Assembly (NCBI GenBank): GCA_020629935.1
Contig: JAHDCJ010000012.1
Coordinates: 1-63,051, forward strand
Direction of reading: 5' to 3'
DNA length: 63,051 bases
Source of the DNA: Saprospiraceae bacterium
GTDB taxonomy: Bacteria > Bacteroidota > Bacteroidia > Chitinophagales > Saprospiraceae
The translations under genes and the position numbers were made by a program. How positions within the stretch are numbered: position 1 is the stretch's first letter; each line of letters opens with the position of its first letter. The notes under the pieces were generated by a model. The model was not told the DNA's origin. It did not search any database and was given only the letters and a program-made list of their open reading frames with translations. Below are positions 10,919-21,246 of this stretch, in pieces.

Positions 10919-11011
10919 GGGGCTTGCCCTCATCGGGCCGGTCCTTTCTGGGCGCGGCATTCGCCTTGGTGCTGCGCACTTCGCTTCGCTCTCCCTCCAA
11001 GCACCTAAGCC
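10919..11011. other. Isolated GC-rich island (62 of 93 nt G+C) in an AT-rich spacer; function unknown
   Basis: The sequence is ggggcttgccctcatcgggccggtcctttctgggcgcggcattcgccttggtgctgcgcacttcgcttcgctctccctccaagcacctaagcc. It contains no ORF of 60 aa or more and only short local hairpins, such as gtgc-tgc-gcac. Confidence 0.5.
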
Positions 11012-11205
11012 AATTTCAGATGCAGGTTTCGAATAGAATAATTATTTTTTGGCAATTCTAAAAGTAAATTTATTCATGCTGAATTCCAAATGTAAACGAT
11101 AACCTTTTTAGGGATTGAAAACAATTTGGAGTTTTTGTTGAAAAAATGCCCGAAAAGAAGGAACTTTAGGGACTCTTAATTGATAAACTGAATAAATACG
11201 ATATT

Positions 11206-12447
11206 ATGATGGAAAATAAAACAATGACGTCTAAAGATTTTATGGAATTAGAGCATCATCATGGTGCACATAATTATCACCCACTTCCTGTGGTATTATG
11301 TCGTGGAGAAGGTGTTTATGTTTGGGATGTAGAAGGTAAAAAATATTTCGATTTTCTTTCTGCTTATTCCGCTGTGAATCAAGGACACAGCCATCCAAAG
11401 ATATTAAATGCAATGATCGAGCAAGCTAAAACCTTAGCTTTGACTTCAAGAGCATTTTATAATGATCAATTAGGCCCAGCCGAAAAATATATTACAGAGT
11501 TTTTTAATTATCAAAAAGTCTTATTGATGAACTCTGGAGCGGAAGCCAACGAAACGGCTATCAAGTTAGCAAGAAAGTGGGGATATGAAGTAAAAGGTAT
11601 CCCTTCGAATGAAGCGGTGATTGTTGGGGTTGAAGGTAACTTTCATGGTCGAACAACTACCATTATTTCTGCATCGACAGATCCGACCTCTACGACAAAT
11701 TTTGGTCCATTCATGCCTGGTTTTCACATCATTCCTTATAACGATGAAGCGGCTTTAGAGGAAGCTCTACAAAATCCAAACGTTTGTGGTTTTTGGTTAG
11801 AGCCCATCCAAGGAGAAGCGGGAGTGTATATGCCAGAAGCTGGATATTTGAAAAAGGCAGAAACGCTTTGTAAAAAACATAATGTCTTATTAATGATGGA
11901 CGAAGTACAAACAGGAATTGCTCGAACAGGCAAAATGTTGGCTTCCGATCATGAAGACGTTCGACCTGATTTATTAATTTTAGGGAAAGCAATTTCTGGT
12001 GGTTTTTATCCTGTCTCTGCGGTTTTAGCTGATGATGAAGTGATGTTGACTATTAAACCAGGGGAACATGGTTCAACCTTTGGTGGAAATCCAATGGCTT
12101 GCGCGGTAGCAGTAGCTGCCTTAGAAGTAATCAAAGAAGAAGGCCTTATGGAAAATGCCTATAAAATGGGTGAGATCTTCCGTACTCGAATGGCTAAATT
12201 TGTAGAAACTACAGATCTGGTTACCTTGGTTCGTGGTAAAGGTTTATTGAATGCTATCGTGATCAATGACGATGAAGAGAGCTCAACCGCTTGGGATATT
12301 TGTGTGAAACTTCGCGACAATGGTTTATTAGCAAAACCAACGCATGGAAACATTATTCGTTTCGCACCACCATTAGTAATCACTGAAGAAGAATTGCATG
12401 CATGTTGCGATATTATCGAACAAACCATTCGTGATTTTGATGCATAA
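11206..12447 (+). CDS. rocD: Ornithine--oxo-acid aminotransferase
   Basis: The N-terminus [49 protein letters not shown] is typical of ornithine aminotransferases. The PLP-lysine region is [11 protein letters not shown]. Length is 413 aa. Confidence 0.9.
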   Translation: MMENKTMTSKDFMELEHHHGAHNYHPLPVVLCRGEGVYVWDVEGKKYFDFLSAYSAVNQGHSHPKILNAMIEQAKTLALTSRAFYNDQLGPAEKYITEFFNYQKVLLMNSGAEANETAIKLARKWGYEVKGIPSNEAVIVGVEGNFHGRTTTIISASTDPTSTTNFGPFMPGFHIIPYNDEAALEEALQNPNVCGFWLEPIQGEAGVYMPEAGYLKKAETLCKKHNVLLMMDEVQTGIARTGKMLASDHEDVRPDLLILGKAISGGFYPVSAVLADDEVMLTIKPGEHGSTFGGNPMACAVAVAALEVIKEEGLMENAYKMGEIFRTRMAKFVETTDLVTLVRGKGLLNAIVINDDEESSTAWDICVKLRDNGLLAKPTHGNIIRFAPPLVITEEELHACCDIIEQTIRDFDA

Positions 12448-12457
12448 AAAATAGGGC

Positions 12458-12487
12458 TGTTGGGGCATATGATCATACGCCCCAACA
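12458..12487. terminator. Shared hairpin terminator between convergent rocD and the phosphoesterase gene
   Basis: Stem tgttggggc / gccccaaca with inner tat/ata pairs and a gatc loop. T-rich tracts follow within 6-10 nt on both strands. Confidence 0.6.
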
Positions 12488-12503
12488 ACCTCATTATCTT
12501 TTT

Positions 12504-14795
12504 TTATTTAATAAGCATCTTCCCAATATAACTTTCCAGTCCATTGGTTAATTTATAGAAGTAAACGCCAGAAGCCAACTGCCCTCGATTGATTTGAATT
12601 TGGCTTTGACCATTCAATACTTCATCCCGTATAATTTTACCATCTACATCCAAAATTTGTAAGCTTAAATCATTACCTAAATAATCAAATTCTAGGATGG
12701 CAAAATCTTGAAATGGATTTGGACTTAAATTGATTTTCCAAGGATTATTACTTGGATCAATGATAGAAGATACTGTAATAATTACTGTTTGATTAACGAT
12801 GTCTGTACCACAAGCATTGGTTACAGTAAGCGTTACATTATAACTTCCAGAACTCGCATAAGTATGACTTGGATTGACTCCTGTAGCTGTTTGACTGTCT
12901 CCAAAATCCCAAGAATAGCTCGAAGCATTCATTGAAGCAGAAGCATTAAAGGTCGCGACTAGCTCATTGGAACTAGCACTAAAATCACCAACAGGCAAAG
13001 GGTCTTGACTAAGACTTATTACATTCGAAGTTTCGGAACAACCGACACCGTTTTCAATAATCACCGAATAATTTCCTGGGTTGGTTACGGTAATGGTTTG
13101 TCCCATTTGTCCATCAGACCATACATAAGAACTATAGCCGGCAGCAGCTATTAATTGAACCGAACTTCCTTCACAGAAATTGGTACTTCCTGTATTGGTA
13201 TTAATATTTGAATCGATGATGTTTGCTGCATTAACCACTAAAGTTTCGACTAATGAACAACCTACACTTGAGGTCACTGTCACGCTATACGTTCCAGCCG
13301 AGACGCCATTGATAAAAGAATTTGTTGATCCATCCGACCAAAGATAAGTATAGCTTCCTCCACCAGAAGTAGCAATACTTACGGCACCATCATTGGTGTT
13401 TTCACAAGTGGCGTCTACGGCATTGGTTGTCGCAGAAATCCCCCCATTTTGATCCACGGTATAAGATGCGGCACGGGTACATCCATTGCCATCGGTAATC
13501 ATAGCTACATACGTTCCTGCATCCAAACCTACATTATTTAATCCCGATTGGCCATTGTCCCAACTAACAGTATAAGGTGGTTTTGGGCCTACAATGTTAA
13601 GGGCAATGATTCCATCACTTCCTCCACAACTAGCATCGGTAATTGTTTCGGTCACGGCATAAGGCGTATAGGATTTGCTATGTATAACTTCATCCACCAC
13701 ATTACCACTAGGATCGATGCAAACCCAAGTGACTTCATCACCATTTACATCAAACCGAACATATTGATTGATGTATAATTCGGTATCAATATTCGGGGCA
13801 TTGCTATTGGTATTCATATCCAATGTAGAAGCTCCTGCACCACCCGAAATGATATAATAAACGCCATTATGTTGACCACGTTGATAACAGTGTGAATGTC
13901 CATTGAGTACATAATCTACGCCATACTGTTCAAAGTAAGGCATGAGGTCAGTACGCATATCTGTATTTCCTTCATACTGATAATAAGGTTGGAAAGGGAC
14001 ATAGTATAATAAATCCCAAGCATTGGTATAAGGAGGGTGATGAAAAAATACAAAGAGCCATTCTCGATCATTACATTGCATTTCGTCTACAAGCCAATTA
14101 TGTTGATCAGACCCTACGGTATAAGGAAGATTAGAATCCAGACAAATGAATTTAGAATTTCCCCAAGTGAACGAATAATAACGTTCGGTATTTTGCGGAT
14201 TATTTGAGGGCATATGAAACTGATCTAAATAAGTAGCGGCTTCGTCTGCATAGGTATCATGATTTCCAATAGAAGTAAAATGACATTCTTCTTTTAGTAA
14301 GTCTTTGTACACCCCAAAAAATACTTCTTCATAATTATCTCCATTGCCTTGATCGATATCTCCTGCCACTACTGCAAAGTCAATGTCTTCTGCTTTCATC
14401 AGGTTTGCAATACTATTTTGGACACCATTATTGTATCCGCAATCGCCATAATGCAAGAAACTAAAAGGAGCCATTCCATCAGGTTTTGCGGTATCAAAAT
14501 GATCTACAGCGGTAGTAATAACCCCAGAAATTACCTGATAATAATAAGTTGTTCCAGCGGTCAATCCAGTCATTTGAAAAGAGTGGATTTGTTTTACTGT
14601 AGGATCATAAAGCACTTGATCTAAATTTGCTGGATCCGTTCCATAATGCAATTCACTGGATTCTCCCACAGGAGTTCGCCAAGCGATTACATTGGTGGTC
14701 TCTGTAGTTGCTTGAACATAAGGATAAAGTTCAATGATTTGACTAAAAGCAAAATAGGGGAGGATTAGAAATAAAATGAAAAGTAAACGTCGCAT
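12504..14795 (-). CDS. Secreted calcineurin-like metallophosphoesterase with SprB-type repeats, a PKD domain and a T9SS type A C-terminal sorting domain
   Basis: Phosphoesterase motifs are HYGDCG, VVAGDIDQGNG, GNHD, FFHHPPY and LNGHSHCYQR. Two repeats are CGGSDGII...GTYVAMITDGNGC and CENTNDGAV...GTYSVTVTSSVGC. The PKD signature is WDFGDSQTATGVNPSHTY...YNVTLTVTN. The C-terminus is NLSPNPFQDFAILEF...GVYFYKL. Confidence 0.85.
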   Translation of the reverse strand: MRRLLFILFLILPYFAFSQIIELYPYVQATTETTNVIAWRTPVGESSELHYGTDPANLDQVLYDPTVKQIHSFQMTGLTAGTTYYYQVISGVITTAVDHFDTAKPDGMAPFSFLHYGDCGYNNGVQNSIANLMKAEDIDFAVVAGDIDQGNGDNYEEVFFGVYKDLLKEECHFTSIGNHDTYADEAATYLDQFHMPSNNPQNTERYYSFTWGNSKFICLDSNLPYTVGSDQHNWLVDEMQCNDREWLFVFFHHPPYTNAWDLLYYVPFQPYYQYEGNTDMRTDLMPYFEQYGVDYVLNGHSHCYQRGQHNGVYYIISGGAGASTLDMNTNSNAPNIDTELYINQYVRFDVNGDEVTWVCIDPSGNVVDEVIHSKSYTPYAVTETITDASCGGSDGIIALNIVGPKPPYTVSWDNGQSGLNNVGLDAGTYVAMITDGNGCTRAASYTVDQNGGISATTNAVDATCENTNDGAVSIATSGGGSYTYLWSDGSTNSFINGVSAGTYSVTVTSSVGCSLVETLVVNAANIIDSNINTNTGSTNFCEGSSVQLIAAAGYSSYVWSDGQMGQTITVTNPGNYSVIIENGVGCSETSNVISLSQDPLPVGDFSASSNELVATFNASASMNASSYSWDFGDSQTATGVNPSHTYASSGSYNVTLTVTNACGTDIVNQTVIITVSSIIDPSNNPWKINLSPNPFQDFAILEFDYLGNDLSLQILDVDGKIIRDEVLNGQSQIQINRGQLASGVYFYKLTNGLESYIGKMLIK

Positions 14796-14934
14796 TTTTT
14801 ATTTTTTTTGTAAAAAAACTTCCTGTAATGAGTTAAATTAAAGTTAACAATTTGAAGACTCTAAATTTACACATAAAATGTCAATTGCTTTTAATATTTT
14901 TGTCGATTCGTTGTAATTTAAATGTTAAAATCGA

Positions 14935-15999
14935 ATGGAAGAAACACTAGAAGAACAGAAACGATTGCCCATTTGGAAAATTATTGGTTTAGTCCTGTTG
15001 TTAGGTTTATTAATTGGAGGATATTTTGGGTATGATTATTATCAAAAAATCTATGGACCCAATACAAAGTTTAGTGGGGAAAAGATGGAGCTATTTATTC
15101 CTAGCGGAGCGGAATATTTAGATGTGGTAGATTCATTGAAACAACGAAAAATTTTGAAAAGCATAGGTGCTTTTACTTGGGTCGCCCAAAAGAAGAATTT
15201 GCCCAAACATATATATCCAGGAAAGTATGAGATCAAATCTGGAATGAGTAATAATAGCTTGGTTAATATGTTGCGGTCAGGTAAAGATAAACCTGTGAAT
15301 GTCGTGTTTAATTATGCCCGCACAAAAGAAGACTTAGCGGGGAAAGTAGCCCCATTTATTGAAGCAGACTCTGCTGAATTGGCGAACTTGTTTAATGATC
15401 CTAATTTTATCCATGATGTTGGATTTGAGAAAGAAACCATCATCGCTATGTTTATTCCCAATACCTATCAATTTAAATGGAGTACCAGTGCAGAAGGTTT
15501 TGGACAACGAATGAAGAAAGAGTATAATAAATTTTGGACAACAAAAAGAAAGGAACAAGCTAAAGCCATCGGTTTAAGTCCTACAGAAGTAGCGACTTTG
15601 GCTTCCATTGTCCAAAGCGAAACCAATATGAAAAAAGAGCGTCCAACCGTAGCTGGAGTGTATATGAATCGCTTACGAATTGGAATGACCCTAGATGCAG
15701 ATCCTACCTTGATTTTTGCTATGGGAGATTTTACAATCAAAAGGGTTTTGGATAAGCATAAGGAAATAGACTCTCCATATAATACCTATAAAAATGCGGG
15801 ACTTCCTCCTGGGCCAATAAGCTTGCCTCAAATCCCATATCTAGATGCGGTATTGAATTATGAGAAGCATGATTATTTATACTTTTGTGCAAAAGAAGAT
15901 TTCTCTGGTTATTCTAATTTTGCCAAAACATATAATCAGCATTTAGTTAATGCTCGGAGATATCATAATGCAATGAATAAGCGAAAGATTTTTAAGTAA
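14935..15999 (+). CDS. mltG: Endolytic murein transglycosylase MltG (YceG-like)
   Basis: N-terminal TM helix, catalytic region ASIVQSETNMKKERPTVAGVYMNRL, and YNTYKNAGLPPGPISLP. Confidence 0.9.
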   Translation: MEETLEEQKRLPIWKIIGLVLLLGLLIGGYFGYDYYQKIYGPNTKFSGEKMELFIPSGAEYLDVVDSLKQRKILKSIGAFTWVAQKKNLPKHIYPGKYEIKSGMSNNSLVNMLRSGKDKPVNVVFNYARTKEDLAGKVAPFIEADSAELANLFNDPNFIHDVGFEKETIIAMFIPNTYQFKWSTSAEGFGQRMKKEYNKFWTTKRKEQAKAIGLSPTEVATLASIVQSETNMKKERPTVAGVYMNRLRIGMTLDADPTLIFAMGDFTIKRVLDKHKEIDSPYNTYKNAGLPPGPISLPQIPYLDAVLNYEKHDYLYFCAKEDFSGYSNFAKTYNQHLVNARRYHNAMNKRKIFK

Positions 16000-16023
16000 T
16001 CTTTTTAGCGTTTATATAAAAAA

Positions 16024-16059
16024 AGAGACGATCTTCTATTGAAAGGTCGTCTCTTTTTT
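16024..16059. terminator. Bidirectional intrinsic terminator between mltG and the convergent 162-aa gene
   Basis: Stem agagacgatc / ggtcgtctct, flanked by an A-run upstream and a T-run downstream. Confidence 0.8.
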
Positions 16060-16076
16060 ATTTTGGAATGAAAAAA

Positions 16077-16565
16077 CTATTTTGGAAAAACGGCCTGTAT
16101 TGCTTTCGTCAAATCTTCTGTCTTACGAGATCCAATTAAATACTGCGCTCCATTTTTTAACGTAATACGGACACCATTTCGACCAGAAAAACTATATCGT
16201 TTTTCATAGTTAAAGGTAATATTTGCTCCTGCCCATTGTGCCATATTAGAGGTTTCCACAATTTCATAATACGCCACATCTTCCCAAGGAATATGTATCT
16301 TCTTCAAATGAATTGGCATGATCTGAAAACTAATTCCTGAAGTAGTGACTACGGTTTTAAGTTGTACCTGTAGCGCATAAAAAACAGCCATAATAATGGT
16401 CGCAATTAAAAAGATACAGGTTAATTCTTTTTCATACATGGTGTTGGTGCCTGTTCTAATTTCTTGTACAAGAATAAAAAGAAGCAATGCAGACAACCCT
16501 GCGGCAAAGGCGAAAAATTCTACATTTCGAAACAACTGCCTTTCTTTAAATACTTTCTTTGCCAT
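16077..16565 (-). CDS. Membrane protein, function unknown (two TM helices plus a small C-terminal domain)
   Basis: 162-aa ORF with its own promoter-like element and a terminator. I recognised no family. Confidence 0.5.
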   Translation of the reverse strand: MAKKVFKERQLFRNVEFFAFAAGLSALLLFILVQEIRTGTNTMYEKELTCIFLIATIIMAVFYALQVQLKTVVTTSGISFQIMPIHLKKIHIPWEDVAYYEIVETSNMAQWAGANITFNYEKRYSFSGRNGVRITLKNGAQYLIGSRKTEDLTKAIQAVFPK

Positions 16566-16603
16566 AATAATCTAATTTAATAAGTTAACACGTTAATTTA
16601 ACT

Positions 16604-16635
16604 CAAAGTTAACAATAAATTAACATTGGGTCAAG
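16604..16635 (-). promoter_or_regulatory. Candidate Bacteroidota promoter (TTG-N20-TAACTTTG) for the 16077-16565 gene
   Basis: The reverse complement of 16604-16611 is TAACTTTG, a perfect TAnnTTTG. TTG (complement of 16632-16634) lies 20 nt upstream. The site is about 40 nt upstream of the ATG. Confidence 0.45.
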
Positions 16636-16831
16636 TTTGATGCCTGTTTTATTTAATTTGCACTCCTGTTGGTTAAGTTTGTGTTATGTGTAAATAACTG
16701 TAGGTTAGGGTTTTAGTTTGTGTTTCGCTTCCTTTTTGTATAGAGTAGAAAAAGAGTACTTTTTATTATATTTGCCCGAATATTATGTAAATTGAACGAA
16801 TATTATTTTTCAGAATAAAAAAACATACGAT

Positions 16832-18199
16832 ATGCGAATCCCCAAATATGTTCTTTTTTTGTGTGCAATTCTTATTGGAACATCTGCTTGTAAACAAAAG
16901 AAATCTAAACCGACTGTAGATAAAAAACCAGTCGTGGAGGATCTGACAAAGAAGGATCCAAAGGTAGATAACCCTACTACGAAAACAGATGGTTTTCGGA
17001 ATATAGAAGAAGATCCAATTGATCGAACTGCGGTAAAATTAGTGGCACAAAATATTAATTTAGCTAATGGGAAATCATTTAGTTTAAATATTCCAGAAGG
17101 TTATGAAATTCATGTAGCCGCAGAAGGAATGAATCGCATTCGGTTTTTTGCGGAGTCTCCAGATCAACGACTATTTATTCCCGATATGAAAACCTTAGCC
17201 GACAATAAAAAAGGGAAGATTTATATTTTGGATGATTTTGATAAAACTACCAATAAATTTAAAAAAGTAAATGTTTGGAAATCGGGATTGAGAAATCCGA
17301 ATAGCATTCAATTTTATAAAGATAAAGGAGGACAAGAATGGCTTTATGTGGCTTTAACCGATTCATTGGTTCGGTATAAATATACCCATGGAGAAATGGC
17401 ACCTTCCAGTCCACCCGAAAAACTATGTGAATTTCCTGGTTATGGATTAAGCTATAAATATGGTGGTTGGCACCTTACCCGAACCTTAGCCTTTCATAAG
17501 GATGAATTATATATCTCTGTAGGAAGTAGTTGTAATTTATGTGAAGAAAAGAAAGAAGAATATATGCGAGCTACCGTGGTTAAAATGGACCCCAATGGAC
17601 AGAACATTAAGGTCTTTGCTCCCGGTGTTCGTAATGCAGTAGACATCGGATGGGTAGAAGGGAAATTTTATGCGACCAATATGGGACCTGATCATTTAGG
17701 TGATGATACGCCCAATGATCATTTTTATCAATTAGAAGAAGGACGACATTATGGATGGCCATATTGCTATGAAGATAATGGTCAAATAAAAGAAGAAGAC
17801 CCAAAAGATCAAAGTGATAATAAAGCGGCAGGAAAGATGGTGAAAGACTCTTGGGCTTCCAAAACAATAGATTGTGCCAAAGATGTTAGACCTGCTTATG
17901 CCTTATTTGAGGCACATGGTTCTCCGCTTGGCTTTGAATATTTTAATCATGAAGTCACACTCCCCGAATTAAAAAATTATTTTGTCGCGGCTTTGCATGG
18001 TTCTGGTGTAGTGCGTTTGGGTAAAGGATATAGCTTGGTTCGATTTAAAAAAGGATTGAAACCCGAACCTGTGGTCAATGGTTTTTTGCAGAATGGAAAC
18101 CGAGTAGGAAGACCTTGTGATGTTTTTTCTTATGGCAAAGATGGATTTTTATTTAGTGATGACCATGCAGGGGTGATCTATTATGTGAAGAAAAAGTAA
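16832..18199 (+). CDS. Sorbosone/glucose dehydrogenase-family beta-propeller protein, lipoprotein
   Basis: Signal peptide with lipobox (LIGTSAC). Motifs GPDHLGDDTPNDHFYQLEEGRHYGWPYCY and HGSPLGFEYF resemble the sorbosone dehydrogenase (SGL/PQQ-dependent dehydrogenase) family. Confidence 0.6.
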   Translation: MRIPKYVLFLCAILIGTSACKQKKSKPTVDKKPVVEDLTKKDPKVDNPTTKTDGFRNIEEDPIDRTAVKLVAQNINLANGKSFSLNIPEGYEIHVAAEGMNRIRFFAESPDQRLFIPDMKTLADNKKGKIYILDDFDKTTNKFKKVNVWKSGLRNPNSIQFYKDKGGQEWLYVALTDSLVRYKYTHGEMAPSSPPEKLCEFPGYGLSYKYGGWHLTRTLAFHKDELYISVGSSCNLCEEKKEEYMRATVVKMDPNGQNIKVFAPGVRNAVDIGWVEGKFYATNMGPDHLGDDTPNDHFYQLEEGRHYGWPYCYEDNGQIKEEDPKDQSDNKAAGKMVKDSWASKTIDCAKDVRPAYALFEAHGSPLGFEYFNHEVTLPELKNYFVAALHGSGVVRLGKGYSLVRFKKGLKPEPVVNGFLQNGNRVGRPCDVFSYGKDGFLFSDDHAGVIYYVKKK

Positions 18200-18311
18200 A
18201 TAGAATATTGTAAATTTGAATGTTTAAGTGGACGTTCATTGTAACTAAGTCGTTCTTTTATTCGTAATAATAATAATACTCCTATACTTTAAACCTTAAA
18301 TAATACCAATT

Positions 18312-18722
18312 ATGCAAACAACAAAAGTGTTCTTTTTATTAAGTCTTCTAGCGGTGAGTTTTTGCTTTAACGCTTGTAAAGAAACAGAACCTCCAGTGAT
18401 TCCAGTAAGTGAATTAATTTTAGGAACTTGGCTTCAAACGGAACTTTATGAAGAAGGTAGTTTTGTAAACCTTGCGGAATATAAAACCTTTGAGTTCACA
18501 GCGGAGAATGTAATTCGAAAGGAGTTTGATATTGATAATACCTTATTGTTGGAACAAGAAGAAATTTATTCTATAGGTGGAAATAGCGATCTTATTGACT
18601 TTGAATTTAGTACAGATTATGATATCGAAAGTATTAATGAAACCGAATTGATTATTACTTATAGTGGATTTAATTTAATTGGTCAAACGGTGGAGAAGAG
18701 AGAGATTTATGAAAAACAATAA
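18312..18722 (+). CDS. Small lipoprotein, function unknown
   Basis: 136 aa with a signal peptide ending FNAC (lipobox). Confidence 0.5.
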   Translation: MQTTKVFFLLSLLAVSFCFNACKETEPPVIPVSELILGTWLQTELYEEGSFVNLAEYKTFEFTAENVIRKEFDIDNTLLLEQEEIYSIGGNSDLIDFEFSTDYDIESINETELIITYSGFNLIGQTVEKREIYEKQ

Positions 18723-18771
18723 AATAGCCTCGCTTGATTCTATAGATCATATTCATATGAAATAAAATAAA

Positions 18772-18799
18772 AACCTTAGTTCGTGCTAAGGTTTTTTTT
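18772..18799. terminator. Bidirectional intrinsic terminator
   Basis: Stem aaccttag / ctaaggtt with loop ttcgtg, an A-rich left flank and T7 on the right. It lies between convergent genes. Confidence 0.75.
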
Positions 18800-18809
18800 A
18801 TTTTCCAAT

Positions 18810-19061
18810 TTAATCAAAGTCCACTAATTCAAAGACTAAAAGCATGCCTTCGGTCTTTGATTTATGTGCCCCTCCATGCATTACATTTCCCATGACCGAT
18901 TCCATCTTAAAAAGGCGGTATCCTTCCATCTCTAATTCTACAATTGCAGCTTGAACATCACGCGCCAATTGTGGTCCATCAATCAATGTGGGAGGTTTCC
19001 AAACACTGGTCTTTTTCCCTTTATGTGCATCTACAAATATTGTTTTATAAATCGAACCCAT
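18810..19061 (-). CDS. Hypothetical small protein (83 aa)
   Basis: The ORF sits between a terminator and a divergent promoter region. I recognised no family with confidence. Confidence 0.45.
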   Translation of the reverse strand: MGSIYKTIFVDAHKGKKTSVWKPPTLIDGPQLARDVQAAIVELEMEGYRLFKMESVMGNVMHGGAHKSKTEGMLLVFELVDFD

Positions 19062-19104
19062 AGCTTATTCTATTATTTTTTGAAAAGGTTTTTCCAATAT
19101 CGGA

Positions 19105-19647
19105 ATGAATATAGTAAATTGCATCATAAATATGGGATTAAAAGAAGAAATAACCAATTTGCTTTTAGATGGAGATATCGAAGGAGCAATTCGTAGACTC
19201 TATATCTTTACTTTAGAATCTACAGAAGAAGCGGTTCGTGACCTGCAAGATGAAACCGTTCGGCTCAGTCTATGGCAGAAAGATTTACATAGCAAAATCC
19301 GTATGGATCTACTTTCGGAAACAGAAACTCAAGAACAAAAAGATAAATTGTTGTCGCATATTCAAGACCTAGCCGAACGCATGGAAAACCCAATTGAGGC
19401 AATGGAATTAAAATCCTACGAACCCGAGCTGGAGCGATTTGATCAAAACCAACGTAAAGAGCTTCAAGATCTTTTGGATGTAGAACTTGAATATTTAGAA
19501 GCCATAAAATATTTACGTTCTATCTTTAGCACGTTACCTGAAGGGATGGGAAAATTGGCCATGAAAAAAGATATCGAACGAAAAGAAGAAGAGTTACAAG
19601 CGCTTCGTGAAAAAATCCAATCTAAAATAGACCTAGCTAATCAATAA
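19105..19647 (+). CDS. Hypothetical coiled-coil protein
   Basis: 180 aa, rich in E/L/K/R with heptad-like stretches. The start could instead be the ATG at about 19132. Confidence 0.45.
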   Translation: MNIVNCIINMGLKEEITNLLLDGDIEGAIRRLYIFTLESTEEAVRDLQDETVRLSLWQKDLHSKIRMDLLSETETQEQKDKLLSHIQDLAERMENPIEAMELKSYEPELERFDQNQRKELQDLLDVELEYLEAIKYLRSIFSTLPEGMGKLAMKKDIERKEEELQALREKIQSKIDLANQ

Positions 19648-19775
19648 GCGTTTTGACCTACTCATATTGTCACACGCTTGCCATAAATTCTAAAGTTTTT
19701 CAATGTCAACAATAATCCATTGTTCCTCTTCGTAATAGGAAGCAAATAACATTTTTCTTTACGAAATTTTTTTAG

Positions 19776-21239
19776 ATGAAGAATTGGATTTTTTGTTTGT
19801 TGTTCTTAGGATTAAATGTAGTCGCTACTTTCCTTTCCGCTCAAGATCAATTGGGTTTGAAACTTGGTAATTATACAGGAATAAATAGTGTCTTACTTAA
19901 TCCTGCACATACTGCTTTTAGCCCATTTAAATGGGATGTGAATTTAGTGGCCCTTGGCGTTTTTGCTGAAAATAATTATGCTTACGCAGAAAAAACAAGC
20001 ATTTTACAAATAGCTAAAAATGAAGGAAATCTAATCTTTAGAGGCGATCTTGATCCTGAAAATTTGCCAGAAGAACCCTATGATATTTTTGATTATTTCG
20101 ATAATCGAAACCCCAAATTTGTACATGTAAATCAATTTGTCATGGGGCCTTCCGCGATGTTTAAAATTAAGGGACATACGTTAGGCATCACAACAGGATT
20201 TAGAACCGTAGTTTCTGCATTCAAAATTCCTGGAAGTTTGAGTTATTATGAAATGGAAAATCGACCATTAGGTGAATCTTTTGATGTAGGAAAATTTAAA
20301 TTAGGAGTCATGGCTTGGAGTGAACTCGGTTTGAATTATGCGACGACAATCATGAAAAAAAGAGACAAAGAACTCGCGGTAGGAGGGAGTATAAAATTTC
20401 TTCAAGGTTATGAAGGACTTTATGTAAATAACTTATCGGAAGCCAGTTTGAGTTATGATCCAGGAGATACGTTAAATTTTGGAAATGTAAATTTGGATTA
20501 TGGTTTTGCGACCAATGTGCAGTATGAACCAGGGGCTTCAGAAGCGGATTATAATTTTCAATCGAATGGAGGAGGAGTATCTTTAGATTTAGGCGTAGAG
20601 TACAAACTAATCGCTGATGAAGCTCCATATAAATTGAAAATTGGCGTTTCTTTATTAGATATCGGACGTATTGGTTTTGGAAAAAATGCTCAAAAACATA
20701 ATCTAAATTTAGATAGTGCTTTTGTGGTGCCCTTAAATGAATATGAAACCATTAATAATACCGAAGAACTGGTATCCTTGTTAAGTGATCATGTGTTTAG
20801 TAATACCTCTGCTTCTCTAGAAGGAAATAAATTTGGCATGTGGTTGCCAGGGGCATTGTCAGTTCAAGCCGACATCCGATTGACCAATATGGTCTTTGCA
20901 AATATAACAGCTATTCGTCGCTTGCCTTTACCTGGACCTGGCGTGCAAAGAGCAAATATAGTAGCACTTACTCCACGATTTGAATTGAAGTGGGCAGAGT
21001 TTTCCTTACCTTTGGTTTTGTATAATGATAGTCAATTTCATATGGGAGCTGCATTTCGTCTTGGTCCCTTATCTGTTGGGTCAGATAATTTAATAGGGAT
21101 GTTTACCAAAGAGAAAAATCTTACAGGAACCGATATTTATTTAGCAATAAAAATCAATCCATTTTTAAAACGAGATAAAGAAAAAGGTTATCGTCGAAAG
21201 CATCCTAAAGGAAAAGTAAAATGTCCTTCTTTCAAATAA
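19776..21239 (+). CDS. Putative outer-membrane beta-barrel protein (PorP/SprF-like N-terminus, possibly DUF5723)
   Basis: Signal peptide followed by LGNYTGINSVLLNPAHTA, which resembles the start of PorP/SprF-type barrels. The body has an alternating beta-strand pattern and the tail is basic. Confidence 0.5.
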   Translation: MKNWIFCLLFLGLNVVATFLSAQDQLGLKLGNYTGINSVLLNPAHTAFSPFKWDVNLVALGVFAENNYAYAEKTSILQIAKNEGNLIFRGDLDPENLPEEPYDIFDYFDNRNPKFVHVNQFVMGPSAMFKIKGHTLGITTGFRTVVSAFKIPGSLSYYEMENRPLGESFDVGKFKLGVMAWSELGLNYATTIMKKRDKELAVGGSIKFLQGYEGLYVNNLSEASLSYDPGDTLNFGNVNLDYGFATNVQYEPGASEADYNFQSNGGGVSLDLGVEYKLIADEAPYKLKIGVSLLDIGRIGFGKNAQKHNLNLDSAFVVPLNEYETINNTEELVSLLSDHVFSNTSASLEGNKFGMWLPGALSVQADIRLTNMVFANITAIRRLPLPGPGVQRANIVALTPRFELKWAEFSLPLVLYNDSQFHMGAAFRLGPLSVGSDNLIGMFTKEKNLTGTDIYLAIKINPFLKRDKEKGYRRKHPKGKVKCPSFK

Positions 21240-21246
21240 AATCAAA

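Noticed and set aside
12159-12494. 111-aa minus-strand ORF spanning the 3' end of rocD and the shared terminator hairpin.
   Set aside because: It is antisense to the conserved aminotransferase C-terminus and runs through a terminator stem-loop. It has no motif.
14840-16616. A shared 12-mer, AAAGTTAACAAT, at 14840-14851 and 16605-16616, plus several GTTAAC/TTAAC copies at 16584-16625. This looked like a common operator.
   Set aside because: On the minus strand both copies read TAACTTT(G/A), the Bacteroidota -7 promoter box, about 40-45 nt upstream of minus-strand start codons. Ordinary promoters explain them.
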